Source: Tubiluchus corallicola
Taxonomy: Eukaryota > Animalia > Priapulida
Reading direction: 5' to 3'
NCBI GenBank assembly: GCA_030141605.1
Contig: JAQGDQ010000473.1
Location: forward strand, 87,053 to 151,052
DNA: 64,000 bases
Shown: positions 25,101-37,000 of the stretch, one piece after another
Layout: each line of letters begins with the position of its first letter
Numbering within the stretch: the first letter of the stretch is position 1
The notes under the pieces: generated by a model
What the model saw: only the letters and a program-made list of their open reading frames with translations
What the model was told of the DNA's origin: nothing
Database searches by the model: none
Position numbers and translations under genes: made by a program

Positions 25101-28100
25101 ATAAGTCTCAAGTTAAGTCCTAGTCCTTAGCATTAGTCTCAAGTCAAGTACTAGGTCTTTGGCTAAGCTAAAATAAGCTGTTTGCATAAATTTATTAGGT
25201 AGGTGCTGTTTATTACAGTCACAGTTAATAGAATCGGTCGCGTAATTGACTCAAAAACACCTGGAAAAGGAATGCTAGTGTATATAAAAACTGTTGATAA
25301 TTGACTCAATATTTTTACTTAACATACTTAAAATAAGACACTTGTGTGTGCCCAAAAAGCTTTTACTGCTTTTATGTCATCTTTACGTCGATTTTGTGCA
25401 CAATAACATACGTAGAAACAGTCATGTTAAGTACAGCTTTGTTTGTAAGCAGGTACAGTATGTTTATCATATGCACTAATATATTGTCATAGCAGTTTTG
25501 CTTTGAATCTGTCAGCCGCTTGTCCACTGCAATTAACCTCATTGTTTCTGAAAGCTAAACATTTAATCACTTGACCAGCGGTTTGCTTTTGAAGTTCCCG
25601 CTGCTTTTCACAGGGGAAACAAGGTCATCACCAACTGCAGCTCAAGCACAAAGTGACTAGGTGTTTTTGTGAATATGTACAGTATACAGCAAGAGTTTTC
25701 AATGTTTTTATCATTATGAGAATTTCATAAACCAACTTCTTCGTGAAGAAATGAAACAACCGACCTTGCATGAATTTTTGTAATTTTTAAGGTAATAATC
25801 AGATTTTTTTCTTTTTTATTAATTCACTTACATACATTATGCTTCGTAAATAGTTGCAAATCATTTTGACATTAATTCATTTCAAAAATTCATTAAAAGC
25901 CTTTGCAGTGCATACTAAGATGATGACTCGTACTTAGACTAAATCCTTCAGCTAATTGACTCAGTCAGTTAATTGGGTCAAAACACTTCCCAAAGTGAGT
26001 CTATCAAGTGGCGCCGCCTGTATTATAATACTTACCCAGGCTTATATAAATGTAAAACAACCCAGATTCCATTTCCAGCTTTATTGACATGAGTAACGTA
26101 ATCTTCTGCACTGATCTCTCTCACGTCACCAAATTTAGACTTTTCGGCGAGCTTCTTTAATTCTTCTAGACGCTGTTGCCTGAAATACATGAAGGATACT
26201 ACACGTATACATATTATACTACTTGCATACATCTTATTACAAATGAAAGTTTTAACATGTATAGCAAAATCAAAACCACGAACGTCATTTGTTAGAAGAA
26301 AAATGCACTACAAAGAAAATTCTAAAATAAGTAAAATATTTTGTTTTTTGTCTGTTTTTATTTGCTGTGATGCAAAATTACTGATAAAAACTAAAGGATG
26401 TTTTATACTATAGAACCTCAAACTTGACGTAGTGGCTTATATTAGAAAAATTAATGTGTTACAATTCTTTCGATTTAACTATCCTTAACGATTAATATTT
26501 AAAGATCATAATGATTCATTAAAATAAAGAAATTTTATTTTGTAGATATTTTGTTGCCTATATTTTATAAATTATAAAATTAAAAATGATTTTGCTCAAA
26601 AAAATTCAAACGTGGTTTGATATTTCGTTTGAATAGACCTGGAGACCATAAAACTTCACAGTGGTCAGCACTGACGATATGCTGCACTGCTGTGAAAAAT
26701 ATGTCACAAACTGTTATGTGTCAACGAAATTTGCACTTTGTTTGAACTATTTTAGCCAAGATTTTTCAGCAGTTTTTGACATCTAAAAGAAATGAAAAGG
26801 TAAATTGGATAAATACTAGTAAAAAAACCTCTGAAAAATGCCACTGAAAATTATCCGAAATTTCCACGACAAAACTTAACAAATTCCGCCGAAACCGAAA
26901 CTCAAACGAAAGCGCAATTATCGGCAAATTGAACCGAGAATTTCATTTCGGTAACATCCCTGCATACGTAACACCTGTCCATCTCTTACCTGTACAAGCA
27001 TAACACCTTTCATCCACTTACCTGTACAAGCATAACACCTGTTCATCCACTTACCTGTACAAGCATAACACCTGTTCATCCACTTACCTGTACAAGCATA
27101 ACACCTGTTCATCCACTTACCTATACAAGCATAACACCTGTTCATCCACTTACCTGTACAAGCATAACACCTGTTCATCCACTTACCTGTACAACCATAA
27201 CACCTGTTCATCCACTTACCTGTACAAGCATAACACCTGTTCATCCACTTACCTGTACAAGCATAACACCTGTTCATCCACTTACCTGTACAAGCATAAC
27301 ACCTGTTCATCCACTTACCTGTACAAGCATAACACCTGTTCATCCACTTACCTGTACAAGCATAACACCTGTTCATCCACTTACCTGTACAAGCATAACA
27401 CCCGTTCATCCACTTACCTGTACAAGCATAACACCTGTTCATCTACTTACCTGTACAAGCATAACACCTGTTCATCCACTTACCTGTACAAGCATAACAC
27501 CTGTTCATCCACTTACCTGTACAAGCATAACACCTGTTCATCCACTTACCTGTACAAGCATAACACCCGTTCATCCACTTACCTGTACAAGCATAACACC
27601 CGTTCATCCACTTACCTGTACAAGCATAACACCCGTTCATCCACTTACCTGTACAAGCATAACACCCGTTCATCCACTTACCTGTACAAGCATAACACCT
27701 GTTCATCCACTTACCTGTACAAGCATAACACCTGTTCATCCACTTACCTGTACAAGCATAACACCTGTTCATCCACTTACCTGTACAAGCATAACACCTG
27801 TTCATCCACTTACCTGTACATGCATAACACCTGTTCATCCACTTACCTGTACAAGCATAACACCTGTTCATCCACTTACCTGTACAAGCATAACACCTGT
27901 TCATCCACTTACCTGTACAAGCATAACACCCGTTCATCCACTTACCTGTACAAGCATAACACCCGTTCATCCACCTACCTGTACAAGCATAACACCCGTT
28001 CATCCACTTACCTGTACATGCATAACACCTGTTCATCCACTTACCTGTACAAGCATAACACCTGTTCATCCACTTACCTGTACAACCATAACACCTGTTC

Positions 28101-31100
28101 ATCCACGTACCTGTACAAGCATAACACCTGTTCATCCACTTACCTGTACAAGCATAACACCCGTTCATCCACTTACCTGTACATGCATAACACCTGTTCA
28201 TCCACTTACCTATACAAGCATAACACCTGTTCATCCACTTACCTGTACAAGCATAACACCTGTTCATCCACGTACCTGTACAAGCATAACACCTGTTCAT
28301 CCACTTACCTGTACAAGCATAACACCTGTTCATCCACTTACCTGTACAAGCATAACACCTGTTCATCCACTTACCTATACAAGCATAACACCTGTTCATC
28401 CACTTACCTGTAAAAGCATAACACCTGTTCATCCACTTACCTATACAAGCATAACACCTGTTCATCCACTTACCTGTACAACCATAACACCTGTTCATCC
28501 ACGTACCTGTACAAGCATAACACCTGTTCATCCACTTACCTGTACATGTGTAACACCCGTTCATCTTCTTCATCTTCCAACTCATCAAGTTCATCCAAAT
28601 TTAGATCTTCTAGCTGTTTCCCTGGAACAATTCAACGTTTTATCAGCAAAGAGTAAAGACAGCAGAGTATTAATGGCAAACTTATGAAATCCTTTGAGTT
28701 TTTGACAATTTCAGTAATGCTAGCAGAAGACTAAGCAAAAGCAATCGAGCACTGTAGTGCTGTCTTTCTAACTAAATTTCTGAATAAGAATTACATTTGC
28801 AAAGCTACCAAGTGAAATCAATGCAAACAAATCATGCTAAGCAACAATCAATTCAATATGCCATTGTCATTTGTCCAAGGGGTGGAGTCAATTCACAGAA
28901 AAGTGCAAGTTCACTTTGAAGTTATATTCACCATAGCACATTATTTCATAGACGTCTAAGAAATTCAATGGCTTTGTGTCTTTGTTTACAAATTTCTTTT
29001 GCTCAGAATGTCACTCTTTAAACCACTTTTTATAACCTTTAACTTTGAAAAAAATGACATACTATTAACAAATAATAGTCTTTCTATCTTTTATATCATC
29101 CCATATATGAGCTTCATTCATTACATCATTCCATTTTAAGCACTAATGTTTTTTTTATCACGATTCTTTTTAAATTTTCAGATTATCTCCATTACTTTTT
29201 TTTCTATCACTGTGTGGGACAATCTAACAAGCCCTGCTTTTTTATTGCCCGCAACACATTTACCTTCGTGTATAAGTGAACAGTGTTTGAGGCTTTTCCT
29301 GTGCAGTATTTCTTATTTGTATTATATCCATTGTAGGCCATTTCACTAGATACTGTACATGAAACTAATGTAAATGTGTAAGGTGAAATAAATGACTTAT
29401 GACTAAACAAATAAATAATGCAAAAATAATAGATTTTCTCTTCGAAAGCTTGGTTACAGCAACAATGGCATTACTTTATATCATTCGAACAATATAGTTA
29501 TAGGACGAGAAAAAAGGTAGTACCCGCAGCACGTTTCAGAAAAAATCGCCTTTAAAAATTATATTACTTTACATCGATTTTATGCATATATCGTATTCAC
29601 ATTAAAAGCAATCATTGTTTGTTTATATTTTAAATCTCCCGCAGTTGTCTTCCGACGGCACCATTACGTGATGTCACCAGGCAAACATAAATCAGGCGAA
29701 GAAAAGAGAATGTTAAATTATGTCCCAAAAAACTTTCCATGCAAACTTATTGACCAGATATAGTAATTCAAAATTTCACTTAGTTAGTAACATGTGTGCT
29801 ACGAATGTTCTGATTATTTTTTCAAGCTTTACGCAATATTTTCTAAACTTGTTTCAAAAGACCTACCATCAAAATGGCTGCGCCTAACGGCAATTGTTGA
29901 GTTTAAATTTACATGTTTTATACAGCGTTATTGAAGACGCAAGCCCTGCATGCAAAAAGGCAGTATGTAAGTGGTATAAAATTTTGAGGCAAATTTTTTA
30001 AGCTTTATGTTAGTGGAGGATTTTCTTGTGCTTTAGGACAGGATCACATCAGCGCGATCGCAGAGAGGATGAGGGACAGACCAGGGTGCAGAGAGATAGT
30101 TTAAGAGGTCAACGTAGGACGATGCATATAATTTTACGTTATCTAACTGGCTGCTTTTGCATTTAATAGGAACTAATTAAATCTGAATCCCATAACCATA
30201 GAGAAATTGAAGGAAGCACATCCGGGAATGGGTTCACCGAACTATCTGGTCCCGAAGTAAACAACAAAAACCATGGTAGATATGCTAGATAAAAAAATCA
30301 ACATATACAATACTTCAGGAATCACTCGGTCATCACTGAAATTGACCAGTGGTCAATTAACCACTATGACCACAACTCGCAACGCTTAACAGTGGAAACT
30401 TTATCCAGCAAAAGCTTTATTCTATGTCACTGAAGCACAACATGCTATTTATTGAAATTTTTAAGTGCTACTGTGTCACAGTTCATTTAACAAGCTTAGC
30501 TGAGATGTGCCTTGCATAACATCTCACTCCTACACCGTGCGATCCTACCATCTCACTCCTACACCGTGCCATCCTACGATCTCACTCCTACACCGTGCCA
30601 TCCTACCATCTCACTCCTACACCGTGCCATCCTACCATCTCACTCCTACACCGTGCCATCCTACCATCTCACTCCTACACCGTGCCATCCTGCCATCTCA
30701 CTCCTACACCGTGCCAACCTATACCATCTCACTCCTACACCGTGCCAACCTATACCATCTCACTCCTACACCGTGCCATCCTACCATCTCACTCCTACAC
30801 CGTGCCATCCTACCATCTCACTCCTACACCGTGCCATCCTACCATCTCACTCCTACACCGTGCCATCCTACCATCTCACTCCTACACCGTGCCATCCTAC
30901 CATCTCACTCCTACACCGTGCCATCCTACCATCTCACTCCTACACCGTGCCATCCTACCATCTCACTCCTACACCGTGCCATCCTAGACCATCCAGACCT
31001 GACATCCTTTCATCTCATTAGTTTCCTTTCATTAGTGTTTCCACCGGGTACCCGGGTACATACAGGCATGGTTTAGTACCTGAGCCTAATATTTCTACCC

Positions 31101-32191
31101 GGGACAATGAAAATGCAGACAATGTTATTAATAGGATATCCATTGTTTAAGGATTCATTTAAAATTTAAATATGGTTTTCTCCATACTGTAGAACAGTTA
31201 CCTACTAGCAGACTGCTAACAGCTGCGTTGGTACATGGCCAGAGACAGCCTGACCTCTAACAAATTAAACTGGTTCAAAGTTAGTAAATTATTTCTCGTT
31301 ATTATTTTGACTACTGTATACCAGTATATGCCAGCATTAGCAAACCAGCAGCAATTGCAACTTTATCAGTTGCAAGTGCATAGCAGATCAAACAATTTTT
31401 GATGAAGGCTGACCTATGAAACTTTACTGAAAACAAACTGTATTTTTTTGCAAAAAGGTCGATTGTTCAAAAGAAATGTTTTATAGATATTTAACAAGCT
31501 TTCAGGCCACTAGAAAAGATACCAACAAAAGATTGTTAAACGACGCACAAAAACCACAATAGATTATTATAATCTCTACACTGTAGCTGATTCGTTGATA
31601 AAGTGAAATACAGGTAATTTAGAAGTCTCGGAGATAAGGCAGTGCGGCAGCAAAACACTAACTTTTGTGACTCATAGCTCGTGTATTCAGGGCCTAAACC
31701 CGCAATAATCAAATGTTTATTGTTAAAATAACACTACAGTTAGTCAAAATGCACCAGTGGCTGTTTTTGTTTGCGAATATGAATGATACAATCTTTTCAC
31801 TGCCACGGAATCTTAACGATTGGGTACCCGACAGGTATAAGGAAAATAGGAAAAGGAGTCTGGTTTTTGCTACCCATGTAAACTTTACCATTTACTCTTA
31901 TAAAATACCTGTATTAGCTTTTTCTTCTACAGTCGCATCTACCAACTTAATAATTTGGTCTTCAGATAGCTCGGCTTCCGGTTTTGCAGGAATAATACCC
32001 TTTGCACGAAGAACGTCATTCCATTCTGTATCTCGATTCGGATCCTAAATTATGATAAAAAACAAAACAATTTTACGAACACTACATGGTTACATCAAAT
32101 TGATATTAAATGAAAAGATGATAAACAATTAATAATTGACCAAATCCGACGATTAATTTAATAACAAACACAAATCGAACCTTACTTGCAT
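22109..32191 (-). CDS. PDCL3: Phosducin-like protein 3 (PhLP2A/VIAF), 6 coding exons
   Basis: Exons 32186-32191, 31909-32044, 28540-28621, 26036-26179, 23428-23636 and 22109-22242, all GT-AG with consistent phases. Protein [19 protein letters not shown]...[20 protein letters not shown]...[14 protein letters not shown]...[16 protein letters not shown]...[11 protein letters not shown]...SDSD*. Confidence 0.95.
23915..25162. repeat. Intronic minisatellite, 32-bp unit aagtctcaagttaagtcccaggtctttggcat, ~38 copies
   Basis: Direct inspection. Confidence 0.95.
25213..26021. mobile_element. Non-autonomous Tc1/mariner-like element, same family as 34930-35697
   Basis: Shared internal blocks (aattgactcaatatttt, aaataagacacttg, catgttaagtac) and TA-flanked CAG... 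ends. Confidence 0.55.
26980..28565 (-). repeat. 33-bp minisatellite made of the PDCL3 exon 3 end plus 5' splice site, ~48 copies
   Basis: Minus-strand unit GATGAACAGGTGTTATGCTTGTACAG|GTAAGTG versus the true junction GATGAACGGGTGTTACACATGTACAG|GTAAGTG. Confidence 0.95.
29499..30035. mobile_element. Non-autonomous DNA element, same family as 57194-57871 (possibly Kolobok-like)
   Basis: Colinear similarity between the two copies, with imperfect TIRs (aggac(g/a)agaaaa ... ttttcttgtgcttt). Confidence 0.55.
30518..30985. repeat. Intronic minisatellite, 29-bp unit catctcactcctacaccgtgccatcctac, ~16 copies
   Basis: Direct inspection. Confidence 0.95.
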
Positions 32192-33178
32192 GTTTTTCGT
32201 AAAACTTGTCTTCTGCAAGGAATAGTTTTTTAAAAGATACCGAGAACACAGCACTAAGGCTTTATGAATTGCGGATAATATTTAGTACTAGCAGAGACCA
32301 GAGGACTGCGCTCTAACTAGCACTACAAGTTAAACAAATGATTTGGTTCGTAACGCTCACTAGTATGACACGTAAATTCCAAATTTTACTGTGCTCAACT
32401 GTCAAACTGGAGATTGTACGGGTAATTTAAGCAGTATCAAGGCATACAGTGGAAAAAGCCGACGAATGGGCCTGAAACACGTGAAATTTGAGCTAAGCAC
32501 AGATTTAGAGAAAACGCGTGCCCCTAGACGCACCATATAAATCTATACTATCACTAGACAACAAAATACATCAATAGTCATGATCAACAAGGCCATGGCT
32601 ACAGCTTGTCATTTGTAGTAGTAACCACAAATTTACCAGTTTAACAAATTAATTAAAATAAAGACAAAAGTAATGTATTTACAATTACTTTTAAGTAATA
32701 AATAAAACCATAATAACAGTTATTTGCATTTAATTGATGAATATTTACAATATAAAGTTTTATAAGAAAATATTATAAATGATTAAGATTAAGGTCTGGT
32801 CATTGTGCCGTGATCAATAACTATAATGATAAGGAACTTTATGAAATTTCGATAACAATAGACGGGTGAGGCAAATAAAGAGATTGTATACTGTGCCTGG
32901 CTAACACAGTGAAATTAGATGAAAAACAGTTAGGCGTGCAAGTGGTGGCTGTTTACCCGTACCATTTACCAGCAGTTAGTACTGCTGTAATTCACAATAT
33001 TACAGTCACAAGTGCAGCTTACACATGACTAATTAAATTAATATTATAACAATTAATAATGTAGCAGTTTCTTGAATATTTTGAAAGCTTTTACAAATAA
33101 AATACCGTCAACAAGAATACTGTAATACATTTAAATGAAAGTGTAGGATGCTGTTACCTGTAAAATGACCTTGTTGAT

Positions 33179-33555
33179 CAGTGACGGCTCGTGTACAGGT
33201 ATTGTGAAACTGCAGCACCCCCTATATTCACTCAATATTATCGATAATATTCAATATAATGTGTTTTTCTTTAGTTCTTTTTTTATACTTGTACGGAAGC
33301 AGAACACAAGAAGGTAGTACTGTTTGTTTCACAACTCAGCACAGTACGCTATTAGTAACCAAAACAATATTTTTTTGCCTAGGATTTTATCAAGTTTATG
33401 TATAAAGTTTCGTATCTTTGTTTGTTTAAAACTACAATTACAGATTACAATATTTGAATTATATATCTTTGTTTCGTTTTACACAGTATTAAAACAATGG
33501 CTAAAAATTTTCTGAAGCAAGCACCTTCAGTAATTCCAGCCACGAGCCGCCACTG
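33179..33555. mobile_element. hAT-like MITE in the divergent promoter region, related to 56454-56815
   Basis: TIR cagtgacggctcgtg ... cacgagccgccactg. Internal blocks are shared with 56454-56620. Confidence 0.65.
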
Positions 33556-33761
33556 TTGTCGATGCTTCTTTGCCGATTTGAACATTTACAGATAACGTAG
33601 ATGTTGGCACTTTTAAAACTGTTTGCATTCAAGTTCACTGTACAGAGTATATATGTAATGAAATGATTGCAAAAACTTCACACGCACACATAGTAGCAGA
33701 AAACAGCAGTTTGTCCAACAGCAAGTGCCTATAATTGTTGCGAGAGCCTCGCAATCTCCCC

Positions 33762-33769
33762 CCTCTCTA

Positions 33770-33825
<56 letters not shown>
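33762..33825. repeat. (CT)n microsatellite
   Basis: Direct inspection. Confidence 0.95.
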
Positions 33826-33827
<2 letters not shown>

Positions 33828-34097
33828 ATTTGAGTACCGTAATAAATATCTCCAGTTTGAGTACCGTAATAAATATAAACAAATTATTATTTTCAAAAAT
33901 AACGTGAAAATTACTAACTCTATGGAGAAAAGAGATTAAATTTTCAATTATATTTAGAACAAAATTTCTTAAACTGTGGAACAAGTTACTAGTCATAGAT
34001 ATGAAGTGTGCAACGGTGCGTCCTATGACAAACTTTTGTGACTATAGTAAACAGTTCTGCCTACTGTACTGTACATAATAATATAATCTGGTGAATC

Positions 34098-37000
34098 ATG
34101 GACAACGAGCAAAGAAAAGAGCTTATTTCTCAATTTACGTCAATTACAGGTGTACCCGAGGAAAGAGCAACTTTTTATTTGGAATCTTCAGGATGGATGC
34201 TAGAGGTATTAAATGAATGGTTATGATTTTATGATTTTTTTTAATTATGAGTTGCAGCTGTCACCGCCGTACGTACCGGTTTCCCTTATCCTTAGCGAAA
34301 TTGAATAACATTAACTATTTAACTTTAGTAATGCACTAGAATAACCCACGAAAACCTACTTAAGAAAATGCAGTTAATTGTTTCCAGTGAGATCACAATG
34401 CATAATTTTTAACTAGTAGTAGTACATTGTAACAACTACTGAACTAGTCTAACTAGTACTAGTACGTACTTATACTTATAGTACTGCTAGTTGGTAGAAG
34501 ATGTCTGCAGCAGTAATATACATAAACTGCAAAGCGTGGCGAAATATGCTGAAATAAGTATGATAAGTAGTATAAAGAGCAAACAAATTAGGGAAGAGCT
34601 GAATTGAAAGAGAAGTCGTCAATACAGTGATATCTGATCTTGCAAGCTAAGAAGAGTTTGCTCAATTGTTGAAAGAATGGATCTAGAAGAATCGCAGGAA
34701 TCACAGCTTACCATTCACCAGTCATTTATTTCCGAGACTCTTATTTGCATGTCGAAGTTCGTAGTGAAGAACTTGTTTGGGAAGCTTGTCTTCCTCACAT
34801 ATTTTTCCATATGTATTTTAGCAATTTACTAGTGTGGTAACTATCAGCTAACTTTTGGACTTCTGTGAACGTTTACACGCGGGTTTTCTGACGTGTGGTA
34901 GTTTTCAATTGCTTTCTTTATTTATATATACAGTAGACGCCGCCACGTAATAGACTCACGGTTAATCGCTTTATTGACTCAATGCCTGGCACGGGCCGCT
35001 TCTATTCAGATGTACATAAAAACTGTAGGTAATTAACTTAAATAACTCCGCTTAATTGACTCAATATTTTTCCTTCATCTTCTTAAAATAAGACACTTGT
35101 TTGTGCCCCAAGAGCCTTTCCTACTTTTATGTCATATTTGCTTAGTTTTTGTGCACTATAATATATGTAACACAATCATGTTAAGTACCATTTTGTTTGT
35201 AAGCAGGTTCACTCATCATGGCCTATACGGTAGCGCAGTGGATTTGCTTTGAATCTGTTACCCCTCACTGACTGTAATTAATTTTGTTACCCAAGAATTT
35301 CTGGAAGCTAAACACTAGCTAATCACTTGTCTAGTAGTTTTCTTTTTCTTTTAGTTGCAAATCACGCTTTCACGCTTAATCAGTTAACAATCACAGACAC
35401 AGATACAGTAACTTTGTGGGCCAACTTCGTCGTGAGAAACTGAAGCAGCCGACTTTGAAAGAATTTTTGTAATTTTTTCTAGTAAACAAACTTAGAAAAG
35501 TCTGTGATTTATGTTATGATTTGTGATATATATATTAAAATTATGCTTTTTAATTTATTGCTATTTCACTTATATAAATTAATATTTTAAAATGCTCATA
35601 CTTTTATACCAGTAATATTACACGCATCGGTTAATATGTTCAGTCGGTTAACTGGGTCAGAACATTTCCGTCCCAAAGTGACCGAAGCGCCAACTGCATT
35701 TACTTTATTCATTATTTTATTTTACCAAATAAAGTTGCTTTAAAAAGATTTACAAAAGCTACATTAGGAGGATACATGCCAGAATTTATATGAAGAACTA
35801 TCTATGTACATGCAATTACACAAACGTGTATTTAAAAATTCATGGTAAGACTACAAAACTGTAGAACAGTAAACATATATACATTTATTATTAAGACATA
35901 ACTAAGTAATAAATGTATATGAAGATGTTTGCAAAACAAAATTGATATTCTAAGAAATCTAAATGTTTAAAGTGAATGCGAATATTGCAGCAAATAATCG
36001 TTGTATAGCATGTTTAACAGTCTCTAATATTGCAGCATGACTGCCTTTGAACGGAAATTGTTAAAGCTTTGCAAAATAAAATTTCTTTTGCAGTTGTCGT
36101 AACCGTTGTGCTGCTGCTGTTGCTGTTCAATAACAACAGCTGGAAACAGTATCAGGTTGTTGCTACTGTTGTTGTCGCTGTTGCAGCTGCTGTGCTATCA
36201 TACAAATGTGGAACATTTACAAGCAATAATAAATGATTTAAACCCAGAAATGTTCAAGTTTACCATTATCATACACTACATAGTTTATTTAAAGTAGTAA
36301 TAAAAAGTTTTTCACACATACGTAGCGTAAACATATATACAATAGTATTTAAGTAGCTTTACCCTTACATTTTTATTGTATGCTGAAAATTGATTGTGAT
36401 TGTTTATGCAAATATAAAGTCAACTAGTGTAGCTATGGGCAGCAACATTGTCAGTTGAATTAGTAATATAGCATTTCTTATGTAGACAGACATTTTCACT
36501 GTGTCTTTTGTACTATAGTCAACTTGCAAATCATGGTCATTTATATGCATTTGTTTCCATTTGTCAACTGAATTCTTACAAATTGATTTCTGTCTATTTG
36601 TAAACCTTCAGCATTCTCTTCACAACTTATTTTGGCGTGTAGCACACGGCGCCGAGCTGCATTCGATGTGACATCTATATAAATGGTGTCTGTTACTGTA
36701 GTCATTAGGTGTTAATTCTCTTTTATTTTCAGGTTGCTATGGCGAGCTTTTACGATTACAATGAAGAATCACGAGGTGATGATGATGACGACGATGTGGC
36801 TGTGATTGAACCTGAAGATCCTGTCAGAGATGAACCACCACAGACCAAGAACCAATCACAGCCAACTGCTAGGTACAGTTCTACTGCTAGCCGTGCACAT
36901 GAGCTTGAGTTGAAATTTCTCGTATTTAGTGCATTTGGACTTGTGGAAAACAAGTCGTAAACAACAGAAAATGCTGGAAAACTGGCACTTTTATGGTCGT

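Noticed and set aside
23915-25162. Regular ~30-bp repeats resembling a CRISPR array
   Set aside because: The units are head-to-tail with no unique spacers, there are no cas genes, and the context is a eukaryotic intron.
26918-28594. Long Cys-rich ORFs ([11 protein letters not shown])n that resemble a metal-binding protein
   Set aside because: They are translations of the 33-bp intronic minisatellite in a frame different from PDCL3 exon 3.
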